A stretch of DNA of 64,000 nucleotides from Ascidiella aspersa (lineage: Eukaryota): NCBI GenBank assembly GCA_963924565.1, contig OZ004609.1:29760001-29824000 (forward strand), in the 5' to 3' direction. The notes beneath the pieces are model-generated. The model was given only the letters and a program-made list of their open reading frames with translations. It had not been told where the DNA came from and searched no databases. Both the position numbers and the translations under genes were made by a program. Each line of letters starts with the position of its first letter. Position 1 is the stretch's first letter. Positions 62,242 to 64,000 of this stretch are shown here, in pieces.

Positions 62242-64000
62242 GTTTTCCTCAATTTGGCCTACACTTTAAACAGGGGTGTTAATCTGAAATGGGATCACAA
62301 AAAATTGATACTAAGAATGTACAGCAGAATTTCACACAACTTTTACTTAACTTTCTCCAACACCATTTTCCAAAAGCAAGCATTCATATCAATAAGCTGC
62401 TTTTAAAATTTTACTGAAAACTAGTGCACACAAACTGTTTGGATGCAATTAAACTCTAAATATGTTGTTAATATTTGTAAAACCAGTTTAAATCTGAAAA
62501 TGGATATAGCAACAAAGCACCACAGTTGAATCCTGCCTGTTTTGACACAGCACAAAACATGTCTGGGTGTCTGGCCCAAACAGCCCAAATAAAAACTGTC
62601 AAAGGTGAATAACAAAGGGGCAATCCCCTCATAGGCGAGTCATGCCTTTATTTGGTATTTCGCCGGCGGCCATTAGAAAAGCACTTGAACGGCATGTTTG
62701 ACTCACGCAAGTCTGTTTCTCTAACGCACGCCAGCACAGACTAGCAATGTAGCCTGGTCGAGTGGTCGTAAATCTGGCTCAAGCCCAGCAGCCGTATCAC
62801 CCATAAACATACAACTGCAATTTAACATTCGAGTTGTAAATGCACTACCGACAGCGTAGGTCTACGATAATGAAATAGGTTTTCTGCACCTATTTGATCT
62901 GCAAAATCCTTTGCACGATCGCTTTACATAACATTTGCCTGAAAGTTGCTGCATTTCAGGGCCAAAACAGGAAAACCAATACAGCGAACACTCTTCTAAC
63001 AATTACAGAAAAGCCAACTTTAAACTTTTTGTACACTCAAAGTAGCAGCAGTAAGCAGGTGATGGGCATTTCCCTTAATTAAGACAGCTGATAGCAGATT
63101 ACTATTGCATACCAACGAGCTCACCAATGACAGTTTCACTTAGTCACACGACAACTTCCTAAATCGGTGAATAACTTCGTCTGGAGAAACCCGGTTGAAA
63201 ACATTTCCACTCGATAAAACCGGACGCCGACTATCTGGTGCTCGTCTAGTTATGCGCTTGACGCAATTTCCTTTTTCAGTCGAATGAGATCACTATTCTC
63301 GACCTGATGGGAGGACGACTTTCGGGTAACCTTTTTCACGCGTTATGCTGACGACCAATTCTTTCCGATTCGAGATAGGCGGCCAAGACACGATAAATGG
63401 AACTACTCGCAAGTTACTGACTGAATGGTGAACAACTTGTTTGCCACGCTGGGCTCAATATAAATCTTGTCGGACGTATAGTTTTTTAGATTTACAAAAT
63501 CTTGCCTCAACCTTTTTATCGGCGAAAGTGTTTGGTCTTAAATTTTAAGAAAGTAAAGTTATGTTGATGCTATAAGCGTTGTTTTTCACCTTTTGAAAAG
63601 TCTTGTGTGTGTTTTTTTCGGGACAATGGGTATTGCATAAATCAATATCAAGGAGTTGCGGTAATTAATTATGCTTAAAGGTCCTTATCGTGACCCACCC
63701 ACTCCCATATAATTGTTCGTCTGCCAGAAACAGATCTAACTGCGCTGTGCCAGACACACGTAGGCTGCAATATTGGATATGACGTAATGACAATAGATTG
63801 TAAAGCAACATATGACGAAAACCAGTATCATCTGGAATTAGTTAACTGAAACAGTTGTTTTAAAAATGACAAATAGTAATGAAATGTCACAAATGTGCAG
63901 ACTGTTGCCTACTACACAACACAACCTAAAACAATCGTGTTTTATTGCAACTATGCTGGCACGTATCTTCAAACGTGGCAAATACAGTAATACTAAAAGG

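Noticed and set aside
63670-63860. CRE and E-box-like motifs as a muscle promoter for the PDZ-ZM gene
   Set aside because: Short motifs expected by chance; the transcription start is unknown.

Overview
Eukaryotic, intron-rich DNA from a chordate, probably a tunicate (inference: vertebrate-like protein sequence, AT-rich introns with GC-rich codons, many small hAT-type MITEs). About 49 kb of the + strand is one Slo1/KCNMA1 BK channel gene. It lacks only its first (S0) exon, and its exons can be traced with canonical GT-AG junctions in a continuous frame from the S0-S1 loop to the C-terminus. The most interesting feature is a combinatorial splicing system readable directly from the DNA: (i) two tandemly duplicated, frame-incompatible and therefore probably mutually exclusive exons encoding the heme-binding CxxCH segment (CEECH versus CKPCH); (ii) three symmetric cassette exons at the STREX-equivalent RCK1-RCK2 linker site, flanked by TGCATG and ACTAAC motifs; (iii) two alternative last exons, each with a PPxY motif. 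The pore has Ala where mammalian Slo1 has the TEA-binding Tyr294. A convergent gene on the - strand encodes a LIM-less PDZ-ZM (Zasp/ALP family) protein with a duplicated HNR+ZM module, one copy on a symmetric cassette exon. Several MITEs and local duplications have copied splice sites. All splicing claims are predictions from sequence and need RNA evidence.
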